A stretch of DNA of 64,000 nt, from assembly GCA_951406725.2 (NCBI GenBank), contig OX597822.1, positions 36,332,001 to 36,396,000 of the forward strand, in the 5' to 3' direction. Position numbers and translations under genes: made by a program. This stretch comes from Octopus vulgaris. Lineage: Eukaryota. The notes below the pieces were generated by a model that was not told where the DNA came from, made no database searches, and saw nothing but the letters and a program-made list of their open reading frames with translations. Positions within the stretch are counted from its first letter, which is position 1. The number at the start of each line of letters is the position of its first letter. This document shows positions 26,157-41,086 of this stretch, piece by piece.

Positions 26157-27927
26157 GCAACAACAATAATAATTACAGTAACACAAACAGATGTTAAATG
26201 AGACTAGTAAATTAAACACTGCAAAATAATTTATTACAAACCACAGTTAGAGTAAGACATTACAGAAAATTAACTGACTAAAACATCTCTTAAAGTTGAT
26301 ATATATATATATAAACATTGAATGCTTAGCAGCTGTTGAAAATATATGAGATGTCAGTTCCATTTATTTCTGATACACCCCCAACCATCGTCGCTCTGTA
26401 CTGCTAGCCATCATGCTCCCCATCTCCCAGGTCACTTGTTATTGACATCTATTACCCTCTCTTACCATCACCCATCTCTATAACTATTCTCTCTCTCTTT
26501 CTCTCTAACCAGTAAACATCATCTGTATTATTAGCTATCATTTCCTTTCCTCTAGGTTACTTGTTATTGATATTCATTTTTTTCTCTTACCATCGACCAG
26601 CTCTATTTATTCATTACTCTATATTTATCCATTACAACTTGCTCTTACTGTTTATTATCAGCAAACACATAGCTGACACCACTGTTTCTCAACCCATTAT
26701 TCTCTGTCATCACTGTCTCTCATCCATTACTCCTTCCAGCACTGACTCTTCCATAACTCACTCTCTTACCATCCTCTCACTCAATCACACTGTTTCTCCC
26801 ATCATATTCCCCCTTTTCTCTTTTACCCTCTCGCTATAGTTCATCTTCTGTCTTTGCCCACTCTTTTATTTACTCTCTTGGTCATGGTACCTTGAATGAA
26901 CAGTGACACTGTTGACTAGTGAGGATTCTTTAGTTTTGTGAGGCACAAGGCAACACCACTGGTGTTGGTACCACAGTAAAATGCATCCAAGAAACTTTTT
27001 GAAGTGGTTGATGAATGAGCAGAGATGACATAAGGTAGAAAAATCCCTTTAGTCTTGCTGAGAACATGAAAACCTTTTTAGGGCTGATGCCATGATAAAA
27101 TACACCTAGTACACTTTGTAAAGTAGTTGAAATTAGGAAGGGTACCCAATTCTAGAAACCATGCCAAAAAATGGAAAATGGAACATACAGATAAAATGTA
27201 TCTTCCAACTCATCTAAGAGGGCAATAATTGATGAAGCACTGACTCTGAGACCATGGCAACATGTCCATCCTATATTAGCCTGGAAAGTAGTGGTGATAA
27301 GGATGTTAGTGATGGCAATGATGATGAAACATCTAATATGCTATCTATAAATATACTGTGAACTACCTCCTGTAAACCACTTCCAGTAATTGTGGCTTGT
27401 CAAGGCCACAGTTTCAAAATGTTGATAGAAAACTACCACTACCTCCACCACCACCATCATCATCATCGTTGTCACCATCCTCATCACCACCAACACTGGT
27501 ACCACCATCACTACTGCTGGCTCTTTACATTTTGAATTCAAATTGCACCAAGGTAGACATTACCTTTCATTCCTCCTGAGCCAATTAAATAAAAAAAAAC
27601 TAGTCAAGTACTGATGTTTATTTAATCAACTAACTCCTTACCCAAATTTAGCTGGCTTTGAGCCTAAATTTGAAACAATATCGGTTTCAAATTTTGGCAC
27701 AAGACCATCAGTTTTGGGGTAGGGGGTAAGTTGATTATATTGACCTCAGTACTCAACTGGTACTTATTTCATTGAGCCTGAAAGGATGAAAGGCAAAAAT
27801 TGACTTGGGTGGAATTTGCACTCAGAACATAAAGACGGATAAAATACTGATAAGCATTTTCACTGGTATGGTAACAATTCTCCTTGCTTGCCACCCGATA
27901 AATTTAAAACAATATTAAAACAGTATT

Positions 27928-28287
27928 AAACAAGAGCACTCAGAAAGCACAAACCTCTGCCAAGGCAACACCAATGTCCTCTCAACGATTAGCTGGAGAT
28001 AATTTTTAAAATGAGAATATCTGAAATAAACTCAACTGCTTTCACAAACGAAAATACTAAAAATGAACCTGACCGCTCTCAAAAATTAAGTAAAAAACCC
28101 AGAAAAATAATCCAGAACCCTTGTCTATTCCCAAAATCTAATCAGTTCATGCCAGTCATGAGGCCAAACTTCCCTTAAAGTTTCATTTGAATCCATCCAG
28201 CAGTTCTTGAGATATCTTGTCCATGGACAAACAAACAAGCAAACATGACTGAAAACAATACCTCTGCTTTCGCTAAGGTGGAGGTAA
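27928..28287 (+). mobile_element. DINE-1/HINE-like (Helentron-associated) non-autonomous element
   Basis: Starts AAACAAGAG, has subterminal ACCTCTGCC repeated at the 3' hairpin acctctgctt-tcgct-aaggtggaggt, and a short (caaa)n tract before the hairpin. Confidence 0.55.
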
Positions 28288-29957
28288 AGATCATTAGAGC
28301 AATGGAAAAAAGTGTGCTTTGCAGCTTTTGTTCCAACTCTTTATGTTCTGAGTTCAAATACCATCAAGGTTAACTTTGATTTTCATCCCTCATTGGTCAA
28401 CAAAATAAAGTACTAATCAAGTACTGGGATCAATGGTATCAAATTATCCCTTCAAAATTATCAAATTATCCCTTCAAAATTGCTGGTGTTGTGCTTAATT
28501 TAGAATTCATGTTGAATTTCTTCTAACTATTTATGTTCTGAGTTCAAATCCTGTCAAGGTAAACATTGCCTTAATCTTTTTGGAACCAATAGAATAAGTA
28601 CCAGTGAACTATTGGGATCAGTGCAATTGATTATAACCTTCCCTCCAAAATTGCTAGCCTTGTGCCCAAAATTTGATGTAAGGGCAATAAGCTAGAATCA
28701 TTAGAGTGTCGAAAAATGGCCTGGTGGCATTTCTGACTCTTTACATTCTGGGCTCAAATTCTGCAGAGGTTGTCTTTTCCTTTCATTCTTTTGGGATCAA
28801 TGAAGTAGGTACCAGTTAAGTATTGGAGTCAACCTAATTGACATGCTTCCTCCTTATAAATTCCTGGCCTTGTGCCAAAATTTGAAACCATTATTGTTAT
28901 AATTGTTATTTTGTTTAAAATATGGTTTGATATTTTTGAGAAAGAAAATATCAATTACGTGTCTCACATTTCATCCTTGAAAAGGAAAATGTCCTTATGC
29001 AACTAATAGCATTAATTTAAACCTTTCTCAGAAATATGATTTAGCACAACATTTAAAATGTCAAAAATGTTCAATGAAATATATTTAAAATTACTTTTTT
29101 TTCTTTACAGATGTAATAATAGACCCATTATCAAGGGTCTATTTTTTTTCAATCAACAATTTCTATTTTTTATTTGTGCAAACCTTCATTTCCAGCTGTT
29201 CCCTTTTCATTATGAGAAATTAATGTTTTAACCATACCATCTTAAGAACTCTGCTGCACATAAAATACTTCACAATAAGATATTTCTATGGTGTTTTGTT
29301 AGTTTCTTTGTATAAATGGATATCAATTTGAATTATTAAAAGCAAAGCAATTACTCACAGTATTTTGAAGTAATTTTTCACATTGATTTAATCATACACT
29401 AACATATTATTTGGGAGTGACTTTTATTGATATAATGTTTCAATAAATTTTTCAAAATTTAATTTTTCTATTTAATATTTCTTTTTTTAACATTTTGTAA
29501 AATGGCAACTTTATCGATGAAATTAATGTAATTAATCAATGAAGAAAATTAGCTATTATATTCAAGATTATATTTCATTTTTGGTTAGCTTTTTTTTTTT
29601 TTGCAATTTTTCAATAAATTTAGTTATAAATTATTCTAGACATCCATTTTTTGAAAACATAATTTGAAAGTATAATTTTTGAAATATAATTTCAAAGTAC
29701 AACTTGAAAATATAGCTTCTAATATATTGATTTCTTTTGACAAGATGTAAGGCTGGTTTTCAAAGAAGAGGGGCTGTGTGGTTAAGAAGGTTACTTTGAA
29801 ACCGCATGGTTTCAAGCACAATCTCAATGTGTTGCACATAGTTTTGTGTTGACCAAGGCATTGTCAGCGAAGTTTGGTAGATGGAAACTGTGAGGAGCTT
29901 GTCGTGTATGTACATATATATAATGTGTGTGTGTGTGTGTATGTGCGCATGTGTATG

Positions 29958-30016
<59 letters not shown>

Positions 30017-30527
30017 GCATATAAATATATATATATCATCATCATCATCGTTTAATGTCCACTTTCCATGGGTTGGACGATTTGACTGAGGACTGGCGAA
30101 CCAGATGGCTGCACCAGGCTCCAATCTCTTCTGGAAGAGTTTCTACAGCTAGATGCCCTTCCTAACGCCAACCACTCTGAGAGTGTAGTGAGTGCTTTTA
30201 CTTGCCACCAGCATGAGGGCCAGTCAGGCGGTACTGGCAACAGCCACACTCAAATGGTGTTTTCTATGTGCCACCTACACAGGAGCCAGTCCAGCGGCAC
30301 TGGCAATGACCTCGCTCAAATGTTTTTTCATGTGCCAGTAAGACGACGCTGGTAAATATATATATCATCATCATCATCGTTTAACGTCTGTTTTCCATGC
30401 TAACATGGGTTGGATGGTTCGACCGGGGTCTGGGAAGCCAGGAGGCTGCACCAGGCTCCAGTCTGATCTAGCAGTGTTTCTACAGCTGGATGTCCTTCCT
30501 AATGCCAACCACTCCGTGAGTGTAGTG

Positions 30528-30562
<35 letters not shown>

Positions 30563-30778
30563 ATGTTTCTTTTAATTTTTAGTTATAATAAAAACAATTT
30601 TACATTAATCTAACTGGTTACTCTATATTTTTGTAGACTACAACTTCATTATTCTTAAAAAAGAATGTTTAAGAATAGTAATGCAGTTCGATGATGTCTT
30701 AGCTGGCCAAATCTTCAAAGTCAGTGCCAATAACATTCTTGTTTAAGAATAATGTGCATGTGTGTGTGTGTGTATAAA

Positions 30779-31019
30779 CAAGGTGAGTCAAAAGTAGCAC
30801 CCAGTTTCTGGGAACTGAATATATGAATTAATTTGAAAACGTTTTTTTTTATTTATTTTATTTATTTCTACCTTCTTACACATTGTTATATAAGTAGCAA
30901 ACAAAAGAACACACTGATAGCTGTTAAACAAGAATTAGGGGGCAAAAGTATCTCCCAATTAGGAAATCATACATATCAACCCTAAAACAGTAATTGAGCA
31001 CTACTTTTGACTCACCCTA
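30779..31019. mobile_element. Tc1/mariner-type MITE
   Basis: TIRs ggtgagtcaaaagtag / ctacttttgactcacc in TA-rich flanks. Confidence 0.7.
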
Positions 31020-33941
31020 TATATATATATATATATATCATCATCATCATCATCGTTTAACGTCCGCTTTCCATGCTAGCATGGGTTGGACGGTTCAACT
31101 GTATCATAATTACTAAATGGAATTAAAATCTGCTTCACTTGAGATGGGAAGATAGTCTTATGATTTCAAAATTCTCCAAAGTTGACATGTCATAAAGGAA
31201 AAGATCAAGTTTGTTGTCTGGAGATAAAAGAACAGACGTGGATACATGTTTCTGGGTCAAGATCTATCATCAGCACAACGATTTTCTGATCTTATCTACA
31301 GTAGCCAAGGAACTTAAACTTACCCAAAAAAGAGTAGAACACATTCGTAGTGTAGATAATTTACATAATTTAAATAACTGTATTTGCTGGCCACCTGAGT
31401 TATATCTCTAAGCTCATTTCAGTTTGTGTGTGTGTGAAAGGAATAGGCATAGATAATAAAATTGGGGAGAAAAAACAAAAAAAAAAAGAAATTAACCATC
31501 ATCAGCTGTTTCACTAAATATTCTGGCAGTTTCAATGCTTCAGACAGAACTGCATATCTAAGGAACATTAAAAGCCATTAGATACAGTAATGAGATGAAA
31601 AGAACTAGTAAAACATAAATTTGAGTCTTAACAAGAGGACAGTGAAAATACACAGAATGGGAAAAGATGCATGGTTAAGACTAATACCTTAGGACAGAGG
31701 AAAAGATAAATATAGGTTTAATTATGATAAAATTGAATTAAAATGTCATTTATGATAAAAATGTAAATTAGTTGGTTATAATGAAAATAAAGGTAGTGAG
31801 CTGGCAGAATCATTAGCTCATCAGACAAAATGCTTAATGGCGTTCCTTCAGAATCTTTATGTTCCATTTTCACATTCCACTGAGGTCAATTTCGCATTTC
31901 ATTCATTCATTTATGGTCAATAAAGGAGAGGAGATCAGCGTTCCATTCATGGGGTACATTGTGATCTCAGTCACTTGTATGCCATAGAAACTGGATAATC
32001 AGCCTTATGAGTTCAAGAGTTCAAGAAAAATATAAAAATAAATGAAAATAAACAAAGCAACACAAAACAATAGAGCTACAAATACATTGCAAAAACAGAG
32101 AAGGGAAATATATGCTTAATTGCTTGGATGAAGTTCTTAAACAAATAATGGACAAAGATACATGTACTTGCTAGGTAAGTTGAAAGACAAAGGAAATATC
32201 AGTGGCCAGAATGGAAGCAGGTAAACTAAAGAAATATTAGTGGTCAGAATGGAAGCAGATAGTGGTAAGCTGGGAATGGAAGGAAAGAATGGAGTGATGG
32301 TGGAGGGAGTAGAAAGGGAGAGAGAGAGAGAGAGAGAGAAAGAGAGGGAGAGAGAGGACAAAGTAAAGAGGGGTAGGGTGAGAACAGGGAAAGAGAACAA
32401 GAAGAGAGAGAGACTGTGTGTGTGTGGTTATAAAAAAATTAAAATGTATTATAATGATTAGAACATGGCCATTGGTCAACCAATATTCACTCTGTTGCAT
32501 GTATTTAAGTCAGGCTTCTGGTTAGAGAATAACTCCCTCATTCCCTCCCACAAATCACACAGACCATAGAAAAAAAAAGTGATGGATGCTAATCTTGCAT
32601 CTCTGACTAAGTGGTAAAAAAAAAAAAAAAAGACAATGCAGTTCTAGAAATCTAGAAAGCTTTAAAAATATGACAGGATGGTCAAGGTTGGAATGCCTTT
32701 GATAATAGCAGTGATGGATCAGGGTTGGAATGGGTTAAGCAACATTAAAAGGAAAATATTCATGAGCCACGGGTGTGGCTGTTTGCAAAGAAGTTTGCTT
32801 TCTGACCATATGGTTCTACATTCACTCCCTTCAGCAAGTATCTTCTGCTATAGCCTTGGGCTGGCCAAAGCCTTGTGAGTGGATTTGGTAGATCGAAGCT
32901 GAAAGAAGCCTATCATATGTGTGTGTGAGTGTGTATGTGTGTGTGTGTATGTGTGTGCATGCATGTGTGTGTGCATGTGTGTGCATATGCGTGTGTGCAT
33001 GTATGTGTGTGTGTGTGTGCGTGCGTGCACATACGCGTATGAACATGTATGTCTGTGTTTCTACCCCACCACTGCTTGACAATGGGTGTTGGTGTGTTTA
33101 TACCTTTGTAACTTTGTGGTTCAGTAAAAGAGACTAATAAAGGATATGCCCCCATATCCTTTATGTGTTACAAAAGACAACTTCAAAAGTGATTAGTGAC
33201 AGAAAGGTTGTCATGCCATAAAACACAGCCTTGGAAATCCTGCACAACCCATGCAGGCATGGAAAGGAGATGCTACAGTAATGATGAGGAAGAGAAAGAT
33301 ATTTAAATTCTGTAATTATGACGGGTCATGTGAGGAGAGTCTCTCTAGGAATGAAAAATATAGCTGAGAATTTATGGTTCTTTAGTCTTGGGATAGAAAT
33401 AATTGAGCAGACATAAGATATAAGCAAAATTCCATTTGTGGCTACTCCATCTTTTATTCAGACATTATATATCTACAATTTTAAAAACCGAAACACTCTT
33501 CCTGTTTACTTCTTTTAAGATGGCAAATTTAGGGACATTTGGTTATTATTTCTAGGAGGTCAACAAATAGCCATGCTCATGCTCGCTCAACATGGATTAA
33601 ATACTGTTTCTGGTGTCAGTATTGATGATCGTGTTGGTGTTAGTGAGGGTGGCGTTGGTGATAGTGGCATTGGTGTTGGTGGTGGCGTTGGTGATGGTGG
33701 TGTCGGTGATGGTGGTGTTGGTGGCGGTAATAAACCTATATTATGCAACCAGCTGCTGCTCTATTTGTTTAAGTAAGTATAGTGTCTAAGTACTGTTTAA
33801 TTTGCAGAAAGTATTAAGGTGTCATTATCTCATGTTTATTAAGAAAATATTCTTCAAGGTCAGTAAAATGATGAACGATGTTTTTCTTTTGTTTTTGTTT
33901 CTCTTTGCATTTCAAGACTATTTGCGACTTTCTTCAGGATA

Positions 33942-34610
33942 TCATCATCATCATCATCATCATCGTTTAACGTCCGCTTTCCATGCTAGCATGGGTTGGA
34001 CGGTTCAACTGGGGTCTGGGGAGCCCGAAGGCTGCACCAGGCCAGTCAGATATGGCAGTGTTTCTACAGCTGGATGCCCTTCCTAACGCCAACCACTCCG
34101 AGAGTGTAGTGGGTGATTTTATGTGCCACCGACACAGGTGCCAGACGAGGCTGGCAGACGGCCATGCTCGGATGGTGTTTTTTATGTGCCACCAACACAG
34201 GTGCCAGACGAGGCTGGCGGACGGCCACTCTCGGATGGTGTTTTATTATGTGCCACCGACACAGGTGCCAGACGAGGCTGGTGAACGGCCACGTTTGGAT
34301 GGTGTTTTTTATGTGCCACCGACACAGGTGCCAGACGAGGCTGGCGGACGGCCACGCTTGATGGTGTTTTTTATGTGCCACCGACACAGGTGCCAGACGA
34401 GGCTGGCGGACGACCATGCTCGGATGGTGTTTTTTATGTGCCACCGACACAGGTGCCAGACGAGGTTGGCGGACGGCCACGCTCGGATGGTGTTTTATTA
34501 TGTTCCACCGACACAGGTGCCAGACGAGGCTGGTGAACGGCCACGCTTGGATGGTGTTTTTTATGTGCCACCGACACAGGTGCCAGATGAGGCTGGCGAA
34601 CGGCCATGAT
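33942..34610 (-). mobile_element. Young RTE 3' UTR copy with expanded 62-64-bp tandem array (8 units)
   Basis: Units start at 34121, 34184, 34248, 34311, 34373, 34436, 34500 and 34563. CpGs are intact. Confidence 0.85.
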
Positions 34611-36252
34611 ATATTGTCATATTTTAAGACTGAAATGTTCGAAGTATATTTTCTTCTTGCGCATGCTATGTAGCATAGTTCAATGGAATGAGGTAGTGTG
34701 CCCTGACTGAAACTTTTATGGGGTGGTACTTTTGGGTCAACAGATAATTGACGACACAGTTGAGAGGTTGGGGGACAGTCACACAGCCCTTTTATCTTAT
34801 TGTCAGGTGAGATTAAAGGGTCTCTGAGACTGATGAGAAGCAGTGAGGAAGGTGTCTTCAAGCTGGAAATCTGCTCTGAATGTTAGCAACATAGGAGGAA
34901 ACCCTGCTGAAGGTATTGAAGTATTAAAGACAAAAAAATAGGTTTCTTACCTTCATATGGCAAATGGCTCTGAAAAAGAATTCCTCAACTACTGACAAGA
35001 ACTTGCTGTGTCACTTTGAGTCACTCTCTACCCTATCTGCTGGCCTGCAGAAAGAGCACCCAAAACCATATAGTCACACATTCACTCGCATTGACTGCTC
35101 ATGCAAAAGAGAGAAAACTCCAAATCACCCATTTCTTCACCTGATGTCACATCCCACCTAATCTCCAGTGCATCACCCCCTAACCTCTCCTTTCACTTCT
35201 GCTACATCATCCACTATGCCACAGGTATTATATGATGCTAGATAGTAGGTGTTGAACCAAGTGATGGATTAAGTCTATTAACTAACTGACACTCTGTTAG
35301 TTACTACAACGAGGATTCTAGTTGATCTGATCAATGGAACAGCCTGCTCATGTAATTAATGTGCAAGTGGCTGAGCGCTCCACAGTCGTGCATACCCCTA
35401 ATATAGTTCTTGGAGTGATTCAGTGTGACAAAGAATGTGACAAGACTGGCCCTTTGAAATACTAGTACAATTCATTTTTTGCCAGCTTAGTGGTTTGGAG
35501 CAATATGAAATAAAGTATTTTTTTATTGACGTTGAAAGGATGAAAGGCAAAGTTGACCTTGGATTGAGTTTGAACAAAGAATCAAACTCAGAGCACATTG
35601 GAAACAAAGTAAAAGTGTTATAGGTTAAAAGAAAAAATATCCAGAATCCAAGGAAATCGACGATGAACTTTGAAATGTCAAGGACAAAAAGGTTTCTTAC
35701 TTTGACTTGGCATATGACTCTGAAACAAATTCCTCAACCACAACTAGAACTTGTTGTATAACTTAGAGACACTTTCTACCTAAACTACTGACTAGACTAG
35801 CCCCCACCCCAACCTCTCATAAAATTTCAGGCTTTGTGCCTATAGCAGAAAGGATTATCATTACTTAGCATTGTGGATTGACAAAATCCAACTCATTACA
35901 TTCTGAGTTCAAATCTTGGCCAAGGTCAGCTTTGTCGTTCATCCTTCTGGGTTGATAAAATGCAGTATTAGTCAAACACTGAGGTTGATTTAAGTGACTC
36001 AGGCCTTCTGCCTTTATTAGAATGTAATATTATTATTACTTAGTTGATTGAGACAGGGCAGGCACTACTCTTAACCTTTGCAGGTCCTCATTAAGCATTT
36101 GGATCAATGTGATTAAGGAAAACACTTTCTATATTAATCACTTTCTTTATTAATTCCATTCTATGTTAATTACTTCAGTGCCAATGCAGCATGTGTTATG
36201 AATAAATATATATACAGAATCATATTTATATGTGTACATGTGTGTGTGTGTG

Positions 36253-36317
<65 letters not shown>

Positions 36318-36977
36318 GTTTAGTGTCATTGTGAAACTAGGCTATGTGTTTTGACAACATGGTTTTTTTCTGTTGCAGTTTAGAATGATTATTGAAATGT
36401 CTAGCTTCATATTACCTATGAGTCATCAGGATTCACTTAATTCTCCCTCCCAAGTTAACGGTTGTTGATGTTTATAAGGAATATATAGGCAGAGAGGAGA
36501 TTCTAGAGGTGTCAGGAAAAATTGTAGGCATAATCACTCATGCTGGTGCCACATGTTGGTGCCATATAAAAAGCACTCATGTTACTTCCACTTAAAAAGC
36601 ACCTGTGTAAGAAGCACCCAGTGCTGGTGCTATCTATAGAAAGCACCCAGTACACTCTGTAAAGTGGTTGGTGTTAGGAAGGGTATCCAGCCATACCAAA
36701 ATGGACAACTGAAGCTTAGTGCAGCTCCTGTTAAATCATCCAATCCATGCCATCAAGAAAGAGAGACATTAAATGATGATGATGATGATGATGAATAGTG
36801 GGGGTGCTAGGGCATAGTGAAATGCAATGTGAATAACTGAAGAAGAAAAGATATTCCTCATGTAATTTTTCAGTTCAGCTGGCACAAAGCTGCAAGTTAA
36901 AAGCATCCATCATAGAAGTAGTGAAAGAGAGAATAAATGTGCCTGAGGGATAATGGTATATGGATGAATGCCTTTTT

Positions 36978-37372
36978 TCCAAGCATACAGTCTAGGACAG
37001 TGGTTCTCAAGCATTTGTTTTACCCATGGACCCCTTTTATTACTATTTTATTTTGGTGGGCTCTCATAGCCATTCAATGTTTAAAAGTTAGTTTCATAGA
37101 TACTTTTTTCAAAATTCCTGTTTTGTTTTTCACACATTTACATGTATAGGTTTGCAATAGTGCTCTCTGAGAGAATATGTTTCAGTTGCTAAGAGCATGT
37201 TAATGTAAAAAAAACACCAGAGAAAGGAACCTGTTTCTTTCAATATATACATCAAAAGCAAAATTCTTTCATGGACCCTTACAATACTACTGTGGATCCC
37301 TGATTTACTATTTTGCTTTTATGAACCTCTGAAAATCTTATATGGTTCTCCAGAGTCCATATGGATCCTGCT
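36978..37372. mobile_element. Degenerate hAT-type MITE
   Basis: Starts cagtggttctcaa with repeated atggacccc subterminal motifs. Confidence 0.5.
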
Positions 37373-40300
37373 AGGATGTTTTTTATGTATAACAGCTATT
37401 CTGACCTAGATATGTAAATAGTATACAAGTCATACATATACTTTGTAGAGTGTCCACTGATTAAAGTTGAAGTGTTTCCTAGCTCTGGAGTAGAAATCTT
37501 TGGAAATGTTAAGTATTTGTGGTCTCCATAAAAGGTCATCAGAGTTTGTTTGACCAAAAGTTTGTCATGAGGCCGTGAATTCAAGGGTTTTATATGTCCT
37601 TTATGGTTAGAGAAGGAAAAAGTGAAGTGTTGTGAAGCTGATTTCTTTTATATATGTAGCAGCTGGTATAAAGCCACCTCCATCAATGCTATACCCTCAC
37701 TCAGCTGAGGAGTTATCTTGCAAATTATTTGGTGACCTCACTAGTGCTGGTGCCACAGGAAAAGCACCCAGTGCACTCCATGATCTTGTTGGCATTAGGA
37801 AAGGCATCCAGTTATAGAAGCCATGTCAATGCAGACACTGGAGATCAGCGCACTATCCTAGTTTGTTAGTTCTTATTGAACCATTCAACCCATGCCAACA
37901 TGGAAAACGGACATTAAATTATGATAATGATAGAAACTAGATTGCCATTACATCCACAGTGAAGGTTGTTTTACAGGTCTCTGTTCATTAGACAGAGTGA
38001 TTTGGCATGAGGTGTCTATATCTAGGTTGCATATTGATGAAGCCTATATTCAAAGAGTTAAAAGTAAATGAGACCTGGTATCATTTTTACTGGAGTGTTT
38101 GTAGTTAGACGTAGCAGCCAGAACAGGTTCATCATTTAAGATTGTGTGGTTCAACTAGTATGAAGCTGCAAGTTCAAAGCATCAATTATAGTAGTGGTAG
38201 AAGAGAGAATTAATCAGTATGAGGGTTATTGGTATATCAGTGTGTGTATCTTTGCCAATCATGTACAGAAGGAAGAGAAGATTATAGGCAATTGAAGTAG
38301 CTAAAGAAGTGGAAGCTAGAATGTACAGAATAGGAAAAGACTAAAGTCTTTTAAGACACTCAGCAAGGAAGAGTTTATTGATCAGTTGTATCTTTAATGA
38401 GAAGAAATATTTATAGCAATATAAATATTAACTACTGTGATGGCAAGTATCATTGTTAAGCAAGAGTTTAGCTTCCAGTAAATATAAATGCAATCCAGTT
38501 TCAATTCCCAGAAGAAGTAATTTTACATCATTTATATCCATAACGAACTTGAGGAAGACATGAATGTCAGACATTCTTTCTCTTCCTATAAATATAATGT
38601 AATTTGTGCCCAGTTACACTGAAATCAATATTTCCCTATCCACAATGAACATGAAATTCACAGATGATCTGATCAATAGGTCATTGATCTAATGACAAAA
38701 AGGACAATGGATCCTACCATATCATTGCCCCATATATTTTATTCTGACACAGGCTAACAGTGTATGGGTTCTGCGGATAAGGTGGAGTTCACTCCAGTAA
38801 GTAGCTAGATAAAACTGTATAACAATAAAGATTATTCATTTTATTTAAATTCAGGTCACACGCTGTAAAATAGTTGGTGTTAGGAAGGGTATCCAGCTGT
38901 AGAAACCATGCCAAAGCTGACATTGGAGCCAGATGCAGCTCTGTGGATCATCAGGCTCTGTGAAACCATCCAACCCATGACAGGATGAAGAAAAGAAAAC
39001 TAAATGATAATGGTAATGGGGATGATGATAGTGATGATGATGATGATGACTATGACAATGACGACAACAATGACAACGACGACATAGTGTTGCAACAGCA
39101 TCAAATAATCACCATCATCATAATCATCATCATCCTGACCACCACTACCACCACCAACACCACCATCATCATTACTGCTACTATCACCCCCACCACCACT
39201 GTCATTATTGTCATCATAGTTATTTATTGAGTACTTTGAGCCTTTAGGCTGTTGTTACACAATAAGGACATGAACTCCTGAATTTAGTAATTTTTTCTTT
39301 GTTTTTTTTTCTTCCTTTTTATTACTCTTCCTGTTAAGGGTTTTCCACCATAATGGTGGCTTAGGTGGAATTTTTGAAATTCGGAACATACATAGCTACA
39401 ACAGATGTCAGAAAAGTAATCTCGTTTGATGATGTAATAATTCCACCAGTTCACCACCTTGGACTGATACATTATTTATCGACCCCAAAAGGGTGAAAGA
39501 CAAAGTCGACATTGGCTTAACATGAACTCAAAGTACAAGAGTACAGAGAGCTAGAACAAACATCCACAACCTATTTAATCTGAATCTCAAACGACTATGT
39601 CAAATTGCTGTTTTAACACAGCTGTGTATATTGAAACACATCTTACAGTTGGGCTTCCTCATAACATTAACCATAAACTTATATATTACCAAGTTTTGTA
39701 TTAAGCACACCAATTTCTCTCATTTTACCTTCAGAGAAGGTCACTTCAGACTGTAAGCAATTATCTGTTTTGCTTTTTCTGGCACTTTGGTAGAGAAAAA
39801 TAGCACACAGAAAAAATAAACATATGCCATTACATCTATGTATGTATACCATTTCATAAATACCAAGCGGAAGAGGGGGAACCCCTAAATGGTAACGTGC
39901 CATGCTAGAAATAGACACTGGATATCCCTCAAATTACGTCTTATTGTTTTAAAAGCAGGCAGGACATATCGGACAACTTAGTCATAGACATATAATGTTT
40001 GAACCCCTGACTTCCCCCACCAAAGAAACAAAGTATTCATGGGTAGACCATCTTTGATCATAGGTCAACTCAATCAAGAAAGTCCTGGAGCTGAACAACA
40101 CCATTAGCACTAGCACCAGCACCACCATCACCAACAACAACAACAACAACAAGACACTAAACAATTATGTTAAAACAAAAAAAGTTTGTAAATTTTGTTG
40201 TAAAAACCGATAATTGATCTATTAAATTAATGTGATTTATTACCATTATCATTAATGGTCTTTCCTGGCTCGCTTAGATATTTCATATGGGTTTTTTTTT

Positions 40301-40493
40301 TCTTTCCCTTTTTATTATTTGAGTATACATTTTAAGCTAATTGAGTTTTGCTTTCAGCATTCTAAAATGCTCCATATTGATTTTAAAGAAAAATCTTATA
40401 TTAAGATATTCGTTCTATTCATTCAAATATGTGTGGCTTATTTAAAACAAATTGGCCAAGCATACTTTCTGGAAAAATTATGCCAAAAATATA

Positions 40494-40494
<1 letters not shown>

Positions 40495-40524
<30 letters not shown>

Positions 40525-40582
40525 TATATGTGTGTGTGTGTGTGTACATGTATTCACCACACAGACACACACACACACACAC

Positions 40583-40637
<55 letters not shown>

Positions 40638-40638
40638 G

Positions 40639-40676
<38 letters not shown>

Positions 40677-40769
40677 GTATATGCATATACATGTATATAT
40701 ATATGCATGTATATACACACATGCCTGTATGTATATATATATATGTATATGAGTATATGTATATGTATA

Positions 40770-40853
<84 letters not shown>

Positions 40854-40885
40854 CATATATATAAATACATATATATATATATATA

Positions 40886-40922
<37 letters not shown>

Positions 40923-40992
40923 TACATATATATATATATAAATGTATGTATGTATTTGTCTATATGTCTATATGCATATCTATATTATCTAT

Positions 40993-41038
<46 letters not shown>

Positions 41039-41086
41039 CACACATACACATACACACCACATATACGTGTGTGTGTGTGTGTGTGT
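40495..41086. repeat. Compound microsatellite field: (TATG)n, (TG)n, (CA)n, (TA)n
   Basis: About 600 bp of near-continuous purine/pyrimidine alternation. Similar fields at 24138-24335, 46360-46715, 54550-54820 and 57290-57392. Confidence 0.95.

Noticed and set aside
31498-31560. GAAACAGCUG hammerhead half-site on the minus strand
   Set aside because: No GUH triplet in register and no CUGANGA box with a stem II.
34121-34610. CRISPR-like regular repeat array and the 208/265-aa ORFs over it
   Set aside because: Units are contiguous with no unique spacers, there are no cas genes, and the array lies in an RTE 3' UTR. The ORFs are by-products of stop-poor repeats.
40319-40927. Long YI/CV/HT-rich ORFs here and at 15929, 23448-24425, 29760-30124, 32831-33155, 45197-46742, 54578 and 57297
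   Set aside because: Translations of microsatellites.
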